Below the pieces are notes generated by a model. That model did no database searches. It was given only the letters and a program-made list of their open reading frames with translations, and had not been told where the DNA came from. A program made the position numbers and the translations under genes. From the NCBI GenBank assembly GCA_041661765.1, contig JBAZTV010000002.1, forward strand, positions 74,212 to 138,211: a DNA stretch of 64,000 nt, written 5' to 3'. Below, piece after piece: positions 10,322 to 19,194 of the stretch (position 1 is its first letter; each line of letters starts with the position of its first letter). This stretch comes from Candidatus Shapirobacteria bacterium. Its GTDB lineage: Bacteria > Patescibacteriota > Microgenomatia > UBA12405.

Positions 10322-11200
10322 ATGAAAATATCGGTCATTATCACTAATTGGAATGGATTAGATTTACTTAAAAAAAATTTAGAACAGGTAATTAAAATGA
10401 GCCCTGAAGCCCAAGAAATTATTGTTGCTGACGACGCTTCCTCTGATAAAAGTGTTCATTATATAAAAGAGCTTCAAAAAAAATATTCTAAACTAAAATT
10501 AATTACTCATAAAAACAACCTAGGATTCGGTAAAAATTCAAATAATGCCATCTTTAAAAGTAAAGGTGATTTTGTCGTTATGTTAAATAGCGATATTTTT
10601 CCTCATCAAGATTACATAAAAAACGCCCTCCATCATTTTTCCAATCCAAAAGTTTTTGGTGTTGGTTTTGCTGAATTAGGTAATGAAAATTGGGCTAGGA
10701 TTTTTTGGCAAAATGGCTATCTTCAGCACGAACCCGGAAAAGATATTAAAAAAACTCATATCACTGGTTGGCTTTCTGGTGGTGGTTCAATTGTCAGAAA
10801 AGATTTATTTCAAAAATTAGGTGGTTTTGATAAAGTTTACGAACCATTTTATTGCGAAGATTTAGATCTTGGTCTCAGAGCTTGGAAATCGGGATATACA
10901 CTTTTATGGGAACCAAAATGTATTGTTGAACATCGTCATGAATCGACTATGTCTAAATTTTCTAAAAGCCTTTTAAATTATGTCAAAGAAAGAAATCGCC
11001 TTTTGTCTGTTTGGAGAAATATCGACGATCCAAAATTTCTTTCAATTAATAAACTTGCCATGATCGGCCGAGTTTTATCTGGCCCCAATTATATAAAAAT
11101 TATTCGCGCCGCCAAAAAACAAATTAAAAAATCAGCACCACCGATTGTTTTTCCAAAACTAACCGATCAAGAAATTTTTAAACTTTTTTCCGATAATTAA
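10322..11200 (+). CDS. Glycosyltransferase family 2.
   Basis: ISVIITNWNGLDLLKKNL...IIVADDASSDKS...MLNSDIF...YCEDLDLGLRA. Confidence 0.85.
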   Translation: MKISVIITNWNGLDLLKKNLEQVIKMSPEAQEIIVADDASSDKSVHYIKELQKKYSKLKLITHKNNLGFGKNSNNAIFKSKGDFVVMLNSDIFPHQDYIKNALHHFSNPKVFGVGFAELGNENWARIFWQNGYLQHEPGKDIKKTHITGWLSGGGSIVRKDLFQKLGGFDKVYEPFYCEDLDLGLRAWKSGYTLLWEPKCIVEHRHESTMSKFSKSLLNYVKERNRLLSVWRNIDDPKFLSINKLAMIGRVLSGPNYIKIIRAAKKQIKKSAPPIVFPKLTDQEIFKLFSDN

Positions 11201-11201
11201 A

Positions 11202-12017
11202 ATGAAGTTATCTATTATTATAATTACTTGGAATACTGCCAAAATAACTCAAAAATGTGTTCAGACAATTAATAAATTTCTAGACAATCCGGAAATTATT
11301 ATTGTCGACAATGGCTCTAAAGATAATACAGTTGAACTTCTTTCTCGAGAAAAAAATGTCAAAATAATAAAAAATAATTCCAATTTAGGTTTTTCCAAAG
11401 CCAACAATATCGGTTTCCAATACACTTCGAATGAATATATTCTTTTTATGAATTCTGATATCGAATTAATCAATGATTCTATTAATGATTTACTAAATTA
11501 CTTTAAAGACAAAAATAATATTGGTATTATTGGTCCAAAATTTTTAAATCCAGATCTCACTGTCCAATCATCAGTTTTCCCTAAGCAATCAGCCTTAAAT
11601 GCCTTTAAAGAATTTTTTTTATTTAAAAAAAATTCTTATTCAAAATATACTCCAAAAACCAATAACCCCATCAAAGTTTGGGCTATTTCTGGTGGTTGTA
11701 TTCTTACTCGAAAATCATTTTTTGAATCCATTGGTGGCTGGAATGAAAAATATTTTTTTTATTTTGAAGATTTAGACCTTTGTCGAAAAATAAATAAAAT
11801 TGGTAAAGACGTAATCTATTTTCCCAAATGTCAAATCATTCATCGTCATGGCGCTAGCGGTGTCAAATTAGCCGATTTTTCTAATCAATGGCGTCGTTTA
11901 ATACCCGGCAGTAAAAAATACCATGGTCTTTTTAAACACTATCTAATCAACTCAATCCTTTGGTCTGGTCAGAAATGGCAAAAAATATTTTCAAAAATAA
12001 ATTCTAAAGCAAATTAA
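11202..12017 (+). CDS. Glycosyltransferase family 2.
   Basis: LSIIIITWNTAKITQKCVQTI...IIIVDNGSKDNT...FMNSDIEL...YFEDLDLCRKI. Confidence 0.85.
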   Translation: MKLSIIIITWNTAKITQKCVQTINKFLDNPEIIIVDNGSKDNTVELLSREKNVKIIKNNSNLGFSKANNIGFQYTSNEYILFMNSDIELINDSINDLLNYFKDKNNIGIIGPKFLNPDLTVQSSVFPKQSALNAFKEFFLFKKNSYSKYTPKTNNPIKVWAISGGCILTRKSFFESIGGWNEKYFFYFEDLDLCRKINKIGKDVIYFPKCQIIHRHGASGVKLADFSNQWRRLIPGSKKYHGLFKHYLINSILWSGQKWQKIFSKINSKAN

Positions 12018-13615
12018 TTTACCAATAAATTAGGAACTTCCAAAAAATAATTTTTTGTTATTCCTTTGTATCTATCAAATTGATAGATTTTTTTCACTCC
12101 CACCTCCAAAAGTTTTTCAACCGCCTTATCATCACCAGCCACAAATAAATATCTAACAGTATTGCTTTCATCTCCTATTCCAAAATCTAATCTCCAACAC
12201 AAACTATCCTTTTTAATCCACCATTTATCACATTTATTATTTTCTAATGGTTTACTAGAAAGAATCTCATTTACATTAATAATTTCTGATTTGAGTCCAG
12301 CTTCTCTTAATAAAATCGATGATCCCTCTGGTACACCCCAAGTTCCACAAACACCAACTAATACTTTCGATTTATCTTTATTGTCAAAATATTTAATTAC
12401 TTCAGGCAAACCTAAAGCCGTCAACCCTGAAGATACAAAATAAGATTGATCATCTTTGGCATATATTGCTTTTTCTGGATTAAAGACCAACAAACAACTT
12501 TGTCCTAAAACTAAAACCATCAATAAACAAACAAACATGTCAATTTTTTTGTTCTTAAATGACAACAAAAAATCAACTCCAAAAACTGCAATCGCCAACA
12601 TTATTGGATAAGTAGCATAAATATATCTAGAAGCCATAACCTTACCAGATAAACAAATAGCCGCAGTTACAAAAACCCAATAAAATAACAACCATAAAAA
12701 TTTACGATTTTCTTTCGTAAAAATTAATTTAAATGTTCCAATCAAAACAAAAATCATTAAACCAGATAAGTATGCTCCCCAATATTGAAGAAGCAAATTT
12801 GAATAATTAAAAGCTGACAGGGGATTATCTATTAATCTTTTTATTATTTCTTGAGGTGAATATATCATCAATTTTTCCTTTTCTGCGATAGAACTCCATA
12901 AAATATGACCTCCAACTCTAAAACAGCTAATTACCTCTTTATAAAAAAACATCAAAATGATTAAACCCAAAGACATTAAAAAAATATTTTTAAATTTTTT
13001 ATTTTTTAAATAACCAATTACCCAAAAAGAGGCAATCATTAAATAAGTTACAAAAAATAATCTAGTAGTTGTTTTCGTTGCATAAGCAAACCCTAAAGAA
13101 ATTCCAGAAAATAACATACAAGCAATAAATTTTATTATTTTTCTTCTATTTTTTTCATCTAATATTTTTTTAGACAACACCAAAAACATTAAAGATAAAC
13201 TAGTAAAAGCCATTAATAAACTATCAGACAGAGCCATTCTTTCAACCAAAAAACCATAAGGGGCTATTAAAAATAGAAATAAATATATAATTGATTTTCT
13301 TAAATTAAAATATTTAGAAAAAATAATCATCCAACAAACCGCCGTCACCAAACCAGCAAATAAAGAGATTAGTCTTCCAGACAGTAAATAATTATTAATA
13401 AATGGCCCAAACGCCGATATCATCCAAAAAAATAGAGGAGTTTTTCCATCTTGAAGACTCAAATAAGCAAAATCTTTTGATTGATGAATCAAATCAGCCC
13501 AAGAAATATAAATACCTTCATCTAAATATAAAGGTGATTTTAAAATAAAAGAAAATCTCAAAACTAACAGCAAAACTACCAAAAGTGGAATAAAAATTTT
13601 GTTAATATTAGTCAC
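12014..13615 (-). CDS. GT-C membrane glycosyltransferase, ArnT/PMT-like (GT39/GT83-type), with a C-terminal soluble domain.
   Basis: GTG start at 13615, with an in-frame stop immediately upstream. First-loop acidic motif YLDEGIYISWADLIHQSKDF...DGKTPLFFW, as in the D-E loop of ArnT/PMT enzymes. About 11 TM. Convergent 4-bp stop overlap with 11202-12017. Confidence 0.75.
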   Translation of the reverse strand: MTNINKIFIPLLVVLLLVLRFSFILKSPLYLDEGIYISWADLIHQSKDFAYLSLQDGKTPLFFWMISAFGPFINNYLLSGRLISLFAGLVTAVCWMIIFSKYFNLRKSIIYLFLFLIAPYGFLVERMALSDSLLMAFTSLSLMFLVLSKKILDEKNRRKIIKFIACMLFSGISLGFAYATKTTTRLFFVTYLMIASFWVIGYLKNKKFKNIFLMSLGLIILMFFYKEVISCFRVGGHILWSSIAEKEKLMIYSPQEIIKRLIDNPLSAFNYSNLLLQYWGAYLSGLMIFVLIGTFKLIFTKENRKFLWLLFYWVFVTAAICLSGKVMASRYIYATYPIMLAIAVFGVDFLLSFKNKKIDMFVCLLMVLVLGQSCLLVFNPEKAIYAKDDQSYFVSSGLTALGLPEVIKYFDNKDKSKVLVGVCGTWGVPEGSSILLREAGLKSEIINVNEILSSKPLENNKCDKWWIKKDSLCWRLDFGIGDESNTVRYLFVAGDDKAVEKLLEVGVKKIYQFDRYKGITKNYFLEVPNLLVN

Positions 13616-13637
13616 TTCAAAATGATATCATATATTA

Positions 13638-14051
13638 ATGAATCACAGAGTTGTATTCTTCTTATGTATTCTTTTAATAGTGGGTTGGGTATTTTATTTC
13701 AAATTAAAACCAAATAATTTTTCTCTGCTTTTAAATTTTAAACAACCCACACCAGTTTCTCCTGTCTATTATTTAAAAACAACCAGAGAACAAATACAAT
13801 CCTTATTCATTATGGGCAACAGAGATTCATCTGAATGGAATTTTACCTTATCTCAAAAAAGAGCCCTAGAATCCCAAATACTTTGTGACCATAAATTGTC
13901 AGATTTAGGAAATAAACAATTATCACTGGCTCAAAAATATTATAAAACTGGAACATCTTATTTAAACAATCTTATTGATAAAATTGATACCAACTATCTA
14001 TCACAAGAAAAGGAAAAAACTGAAAATTTGATAAAAAATACTTGTAAATAA
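13638..14051 (+). CDS. Hypothetical small membrane-anchored protein (one N-terminal TM).
   Basis: 137-aa ORF with a clean ATG. It fills the gap between flanking genes and has no motif I recognise. Confidence 0.5.
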   Translation: MNHRVVFFLCILLIVGWVFYFKLKPNNFSLLLNFKQPTPVSPVYYLKTTREQIQSLFIMGNRDSSEWNFTLSQKRALESQILCDHKLSDLGNKQLSLAQKYYKTGTSYLNNLIDKIDTNYLSQEKEKTENLIKNTCK

Positions 14052-14056
14052 ATAAT

Positions 14057-15238
14057 ATGAAAAAAGTTTTTTTATTAGCCATTCTAATCCGGCTTTTAGT
14101 CATGCCTTTTTTTTATCACCCCGACATAAAATCTCAACATTTTCATTTTCAATTCTTTTCCCAAGGAGTTTTCAATATTTACGATTATTTAGACCAAAAT
14201 AAATCCACTCTAGGATACAAAGATACTTTTAATTATTTACCTTTAACCTACTACACTTTTGGACTCACTCAAGCCATCTCTAGACCGTTTTTAGGTAATA
14301 ATTTTTATCAATGGATTAATGATTGGGGAATAACCCAAAATGATTATTCCAATATGGTCTTTTTTATGTTGATATTAAAAATTCCCTATTTAATTTTTGA
14401 TTTATTAATCGGTTTTCTTTTATACAAAATATATCAAAATAAAAAAGTCTTATATTTTTGGCTTTTTAATCCAATTTCTATTTATTTAATCTATACTTTA
14501 GGTAATTTTGACATCATTCCGACATTTTTAACCCTTCTGGCTTTTTATTTTATAAAAAACAATAAGCAGTTAGCCTCATATCTTAGTATTGGTATAGCCA
14601 TTGCTCTCAAAATGTACCCCATCATGTTTTTACCTTTTTTATTTTTCTACGACAAAAAAAATATGTTCAAAAATATTAAATATGCTGTTTTTTCTTTAGC
14701 TCCTTTGTTTTTAAGCATTCTTCCATTTTTAAAACAAAAAAGTTTTTATGATTCATTTTTTGGTTCCGGACTCACTCAAAAAATTCTCGAATATAAATTC
14801 GCGGGTCTATCAATTTTCCCTATGATTTTTATTTTAATATTAATTGCCTACTTTTTTTCTAAATCAAAATATAAATTTGAAATTGCCATTTTGCAAACAT
14901 TTTTAATTTTTATCGGGTTAGTTAATTTTCATCCTCAATGGATTATGTGGTTTCTTCCTTTTATAATTATTTTTTTTATAAATTCAAAAATAAAAAACAA
15001 AATCTTTTTCACAATATTTTTTGCACTTATATTCGCTTATATTATTTTGTTTAATGATAATTATCTAACTTGGGGACATTTAATACCTATTGATTCAAAT
15101 TTTATTAACTTAACTTCACCCTATCAACTAATCGACTTAAGAACCTCAATTAATCCCTCCATTGTTCAAAAAAACATTCATAATTTACTTTTACTATTCG
15201 GTATTGTTGGATCATATTACTATGGCAAAAATAAGTAA
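14057..15238 (+). CDS. Polytopic membrane protein, family A (DUF2029/GT87-like?). Paralog of 417-1655.
   Basis: See 417-1655: YHPD, KMYP...LPF and FHPQW motifs; about 10 TM. Confidence 0.75.
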   Translation: MKKVFLLAILIRLLVMPFFYHPDIKSQHFHFQFFSQGVFNIYDYLDQNKSTLGYKDTFNYLPLTYYTFGLTQAISRPFLGNNFYQWINDWGITQNDYSNMVFFMLILKIPYLIFDLLIGFLLYKIYQNKKVLYFWLFNPISIYLIYTLGNFDIIPTFLTLLAFYFIKNNKQLASYLSIGIAIALKMYPIMFLPFLFFYDKKNMFKNIKYAVFSLAPLFLSILPFLKQKSFYDSFFGSGLTQKILEYKFAGLSIFPMIFILILIAYFFSKSKYKFEIAILQTFLIFIGLVNFHPQWIMWFLPFIIIFFINSKIKNKIFFTIFFALIFAYIILFNDNYLTWGHLIPIDSNFINLTSPYQLIDLRTSINPSIVQKNIHNLLLLFGIVGSYYYGKNK

Positions 15239-15824
15239 ATTATTAATTTTAGTCATCATTGAAATATTTTTTTTAGGATTATTATTTGTAATCTTATCTA
15301 CTATTTTTATTTGGGAACGACCAGGAGTTTCCCAAACATCATTTGAAAAAAATTTACCCCTAGATGTCAATCATTCTTATACCCAATCTATTATTTCCGA
15401 CAGAAACAATTTAAATTCCGTTTCTGTTTTACTAAAGAATCCTGGCTTGCAAAGTAGAGATATCGTTTATATAGAAATCCAAAATAATAATAAAGAAACA
15501 CTCAGATCTTTTAGTATTTCTGGTCGTGGTGTAAAAGATCCTGGTTGGTTAAATTTTAAATTTCCACCACTAAATTCAAAAAAAGGTGATATTTTTCTTT
15601 TAAAAATTAGTAGTAATAGTCAAAAAGATAATCTTCTTTATGTTTATGGTGATCAAAATACTCAAAATATTAATTTCAAAACCACTTTCACCGCTGAAAA
15701 TATAAAAGAATCGTTCAAGGACAATTTAAATCAACAAATAGCTAATTTTCAATCAAGAAATATTTTTCAAACCGTTTTTTATTTATTCTTAATTTTCCTA
15801 GTCGATATTCTTATCTTAATTTAA
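15222..15824 (+). CDS. Hypothetical bitopic membrane protein (N- and C-terminal TM with a central extracytoplasmic domain).
   Basis: ATG at 15222. The track start at 15162 is TTG and overlaps the upstream gene by 77 bp in another frame. No recognisable motif. Confidence 0.5.
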   Translation: MAKISKLLILVIIEIFFLGLLFVILSTIFIWERPGVSQTSFEKNLPLDVNHSYTQSIISDRNNLNSVSVLLKNPGLQSRDIVYIEIQNNNKETLRSFSISGRGVKDPGWLNFKFPPLNSKKGDIFLLKISSNSQKDNLLYVYGDQNTQNINFKTTFTAENIKESFKDNLNQQIANFQSRNIFQTVFYLFLIFLVDILILI

Positions 15825-15847
15825 GATAAGATATTAAATATCTTAAA

Positions 15848-17590
15848 ATGAAAAATAAATCGATTATTTTTAAAATTTCCCTGGCTATTCTTCTTGTTTT
15901 CTCTTTATTTCTTTATTTATACAAAAACACCACAATTCCACCTTCTTTATATTCAGACGAAGCCGATATTAATTACCAAGCCTTTATTTTTAATAAATAT
16001 CACACCGATTATTACGGCAATAAATTTCCTATTCATTTTCATTCATATTCTGACTGGCAACCATCTTTTTTTATTTATTCAGTTGCTTTAACTCAAAAAA
16101 TAATCGGCCACACTGATTCTTCAGTCAGAATTCCAGCGGCTGTTTTTGGAACTTTAACAGTTCTGGTTTTTTGTCTAATTATCAAACTTTTATTAAACAG
16201 TAATATTTGGTCAATTATCGGCGGATTTTTGCTGACCATTTCTCCCTGGCTTTTTCACTACAGTCGTACTGGTTTTGCTGTAACTAATATGCTTTCTTTA
16301 ACCCTTTTAGGTATTTATTTTTGGATAAAATTTATTAAAAATAATCAAGTCAAAAATCTTTTTATTTCCATTATTTCTTTTTCTCTGCTAACTTATTCCT
16401 ATAGTACCGCTAAATTACATCTAATTTTTATTTTTTTAACCCTTTATTTAATTTGGTTTAAAATTATCAATAAAATTTCTCTCAAAAATAAATTAATTAC
16501 CATTTTTTTAGTAATTTTAATTTGTTTACCAGTATTTTCAGACACCCTCAAAGGTCGTGCCGGCTATCGTTTTTCCTACATTAACATTTTTAGCGATCCA
16601 ACAATTAGTAAAACTGTTGATTATTCTCGTCAAGAGGATTCTGCTATGGTTTATGGCCCTCAAATAGGTCTTAAACCTCTATTTATTTCTAAAATTTTTT
16701 ATAACAAACCAGTTCAGTGTTTAGAAATGTTTACTAAAAATTATTTTTCTTCCTTTTCAACCGATTTTCTCTTTTTAAAAGGCGACGGTAATCTACGACA
16801 AGGTATTCAAACCGTTGGTAATTTATTATTTCCTGATTTCTTTTTAATTATCATTGGAATTTCTATAGTTTTCGTCAAAAAATCATCAAATAGTAAATTT
16901 TATCTATTTTTCCTAATCAACTTAATTCTCTCTCCAATTCCATTTGCTTTAACTCGCGATTCTCTCTATCCTCATGCCACTCGTCTAATCTTGATGCTAC
17001 CGTTTTTAATTTTCTTTTCCATTCTTGGACTTAAACAAATTTTTGAAATTACTAAATCCAAATTTTTAATTGCTTTTATTCTATTTTTGTATGTAATCTG
17101 CTTCGGTCGATTTATCCACCAATATTATTTTCATTATCCAAACATTTCTGCTCGTGATTGGCATTATGGAATGAAACAAGCCATTATCAAAGTTCAAAAT
17201 AAAAATTATCAAAAAATCTATTTTATTAATTCTTATGAGCCATTTACTCCTTTCTTTTTAAATTATATTGAATATCTACCATTAAAACAAAATATTTCTC
17301 CTGCTTTATCATTAGTTTCTGAAAACAATCAATTTTTTACTGGTATGCAGGCTGATAACACATATTATCTCGGCAATATTGAATGGTCTGTTTTGTTTAA
17401 TAATCCTCCTTCAAATGCTCTTTTTATTATTCCCAATCAGGACTTAATTAGAGCTCAAAACAGTCTTAACGATTACAATAAAAATCATCAAGACAAAATT
17501 AATTTTAATCAAATAGATAAAGTCTCTAAAAAATATACTGAACAAGAAGAATTTTATTTAGTCACTTTTGATCTAGCAAAAACTAAATAG
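15848..17590 (+). CDS. GT-C membrane glycosyltransferase, ArnT/PMT-like.
   Basis: YSDEADINYQAFIFNKYHTDYYGNKFP in the first extracytoplasmic loop. About 12 TM plus a C-terminal soluble domain. Paralogous to 20910, 22570 and 24194. Confidence 0.75.
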   Translation: MKNKSIIFKISLAILLVFSLFLYLYKNTTIPPSLYSDEADINYQAFIFNKYHTDYYGNKFPIHFHSYSDWQPSFFIYSVALTQKIIGHTDSSVRIPAAVFGTLTVLVFCLIIKLLLNSNIWSIIGGFLLTISPWLFHYSRTGFAVTNMLSLTLLGIYFWIKFIKNNQVKNLFISIISFSLLTYSYSTAKLHLIFIFLTLYLIWFKIINKISLKNKLITIFLVILICLPVFSDTLKGRAGYRFSYINIFSDPTISKTVDYSRQEDSAMVYGPQIGLKPLFISKIFYNKPVQCLEMFTKNYFSSFSTDFLFLKGDGNLRQGIQTVGNLLFPDFFLIIIGISIVFVKKSSNSKFYLFFLINLILSPIPFALTRDSLYPHATRLILMLPFLIFFSILGLKQIFEITKSKFLIAFILFLYVICFGRFIHQYYFHYPNISARDWHYGMKQAIIKVQNKNYQKIYFINSYEPFTPFFLNYIEYLPLKQNISPALSLVSENNQFFTGMQADNTYYLGNIEWSVLFNNPPSNALFIIPNQDLIRAQNSLNDYNKNHQDKINFNQIDKVSKKYTEQEEFYLVTFDLAKTK

Positions 17591-19194
17591 AAACAAAAAA
17601 TTATTGTTGATAATGTTATTAAATCCAATATTTTATTTAAAATAGTTTCTTCATACTTAATTGTAATTTCATGTTTTCCATTTGGCACCAAAAATTGAAT
17701 TTGACCATAAGGTTTACTTGCTATTAAATTTAATTTTTCACCATCAATAAATCCTTTCCATCCAGGAAAATAATATTTATTATAATTTAAAACCAATTCA
17801 GACTCAGAATCTGTTATAAATTTTGTCTCCAAGCTATTAACCAAAGTTATATTTTCAATCGCTTCACTGACTGGATAAACTCGGTCATAAATCTGAGTCG
17901 GTCTAATTTCAGTAGTTTTTGGTAATCGTAAATATTCTTCTTGAAGAGTGAGATACTCCTCACTTGGAGTCGGAACTGGAATATAACGATTAATATAATA
18001 ACTATCATCTCTATTTAAAAAATCATGTGGCCTAAAACGGGGTGTGTTTATAACCATAGAAACCATAATAATTATCACCGCCAATATATTTGAGTATTTA
18101 AAGTTTTTAATTAAAATAACTAGTAACGACGAAGCAAAAACAATCATAGTTAAAAATCGCCAGGGAAATTGAAAATAAGCAATAAGCGGAATATGTTCCC
18201 AAAACCAATAAGACCTAAAGTTCATCATAAACACTGAAACTACAACCAAAAATAAACTCCAAATTGATATTTTTTTAATTTTTAAAGAAATTTTAGAAAA
18301 ACGAAAAATTATAAAAATCGTCGCTACTATTAAAACTATCAAATTAATTTCTCCAACAAAAAAAGACATTCCATCATAAGGCCCAGGCACCGACGCTCCA
18401 TATCCCCAAAAAGGAGTTATTAGTTGTTTTAATGTCGGAAAATGATCAAAAAAATTAAAAACCGTACTATATTTCATTAAATTACTTTCCAAAAGAGCTG
18501 GTAACCAAAAATATATACTCCCTATTAATCCCAAGAAAAACAAAAAGAAAAACTCTTTTATTTTTTCCTTCTTCATAACTAAAAGTGCAAATAATAAAGC
18601 AAATGGAATAAACATATAAGAAACAATATTGTGAGTCAAGATCAATGCTGTTATTGATAACCCCCCAATTCCTACCCACTTAAAATTCTCCTTTTTACTT
18701 TTTACTTCAGCTAATCTAATTAAAGAAAATATTATTAATGGTAAAAACACAAAAGCCAAAGACTCGCCCAATGCTCCTCTGTCATAAATATCAGTTGAGC
18801 GATATGGAGTATAAATATAAAGCACTGCTGCCGCCATACCCACAAATTTTCCTGATAAATGTCTTGCTAAAAAATACATTGTAATCGCGGAAATTAATAA
18901 ACTAAAGATAAAAACAGCTTTGATACTATATACAAAATTCAATCCTAATAAATGAAATATTTCACCTAAGTAATAGGGGAGTGGAAATATAAAGTTAAAT
19001 AAAGGATAACCAAACCCAAAACTCAAATCAGACACATATCTAGGTGGTATCTGTCCTTCGGTAACAGCTTGATCCATTTGCTGCAACCAAGCAATGTGCA
19101 TGTCATCAGATGCTCCAAAAAAACCAGGCCTTATTAAGGCCAACATCGCAGGAACTACTAATAAAACCAATATTAATAATTCTTTTATTTTCAT
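17554..19194 (-). CDS. Polytopic membrane protein, family B (GT-C-like?).
   Basis: ASDDMHIAWLQQMDQAVTEGQIPPRYVSDLSFGFGYPLFNF...FQFPWRFL. Paralog of 1648-3372 and 19191-20876. Its 3' end overlaps 15848-17590 convergently by 37 bp. Confidence 0.75.
   Translation of the reverse strand: MKIKELLILVLLVVPAMLALIRPGFFGASDDMHIAWLQQMDQAVTEGQIPPRYVSDLSFGFGYPLFNFIFPLPYYLGEIFHLLGLNFVYSIKAVFIFSLLISAITMYFLARHLSGKFVGMAAAVLYIYTPYRSTDIYDRGALGESLAFVFLPLIIFSLIRLAEVKSKKENFKWVGIGGLSITALILTHNIVSYMFIPFALLFALLVMKKEKIKEFFFLFFLGLIGSIYFWLPALLESNLMKYSTVFNFFDHFPTLKQLITPFWGYGASVPGPYDGMSFFVGEINLIVLIVATIFIIFRFSKISLKIKKISIWSLFLVVVSVFMMNFRSYWFWEHIPLIAYFQFPWRFLTMIVFASSLLVILIKNFKYSNILAVIIIMVSMVINTPRFRPHDFLNRDDSYYINRYIPVPTPSEEYLTLQEEYLRLPKTTEIRPTQIYDRVYPVSEAIENITLVNSLETKFITDSESELVLNYNKYYFPGWKGFIDGEKLNLIASKPYGQIQFLVPNGKHEITIKYEETILNKILDLITLSTIIFCFYLVFARSKVTK

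Noticed and set aside
417-15300. Similar N-termini MVKISKK (417) and MAKISKLL (15222), as a possible shared signal or duplicated leader.
   Set aside because: Only about 6 residues match. Hydrophobic N-terminal TM starts are compositionally similar in any AT-rich genome. No nucleotide-level repeat supports it.
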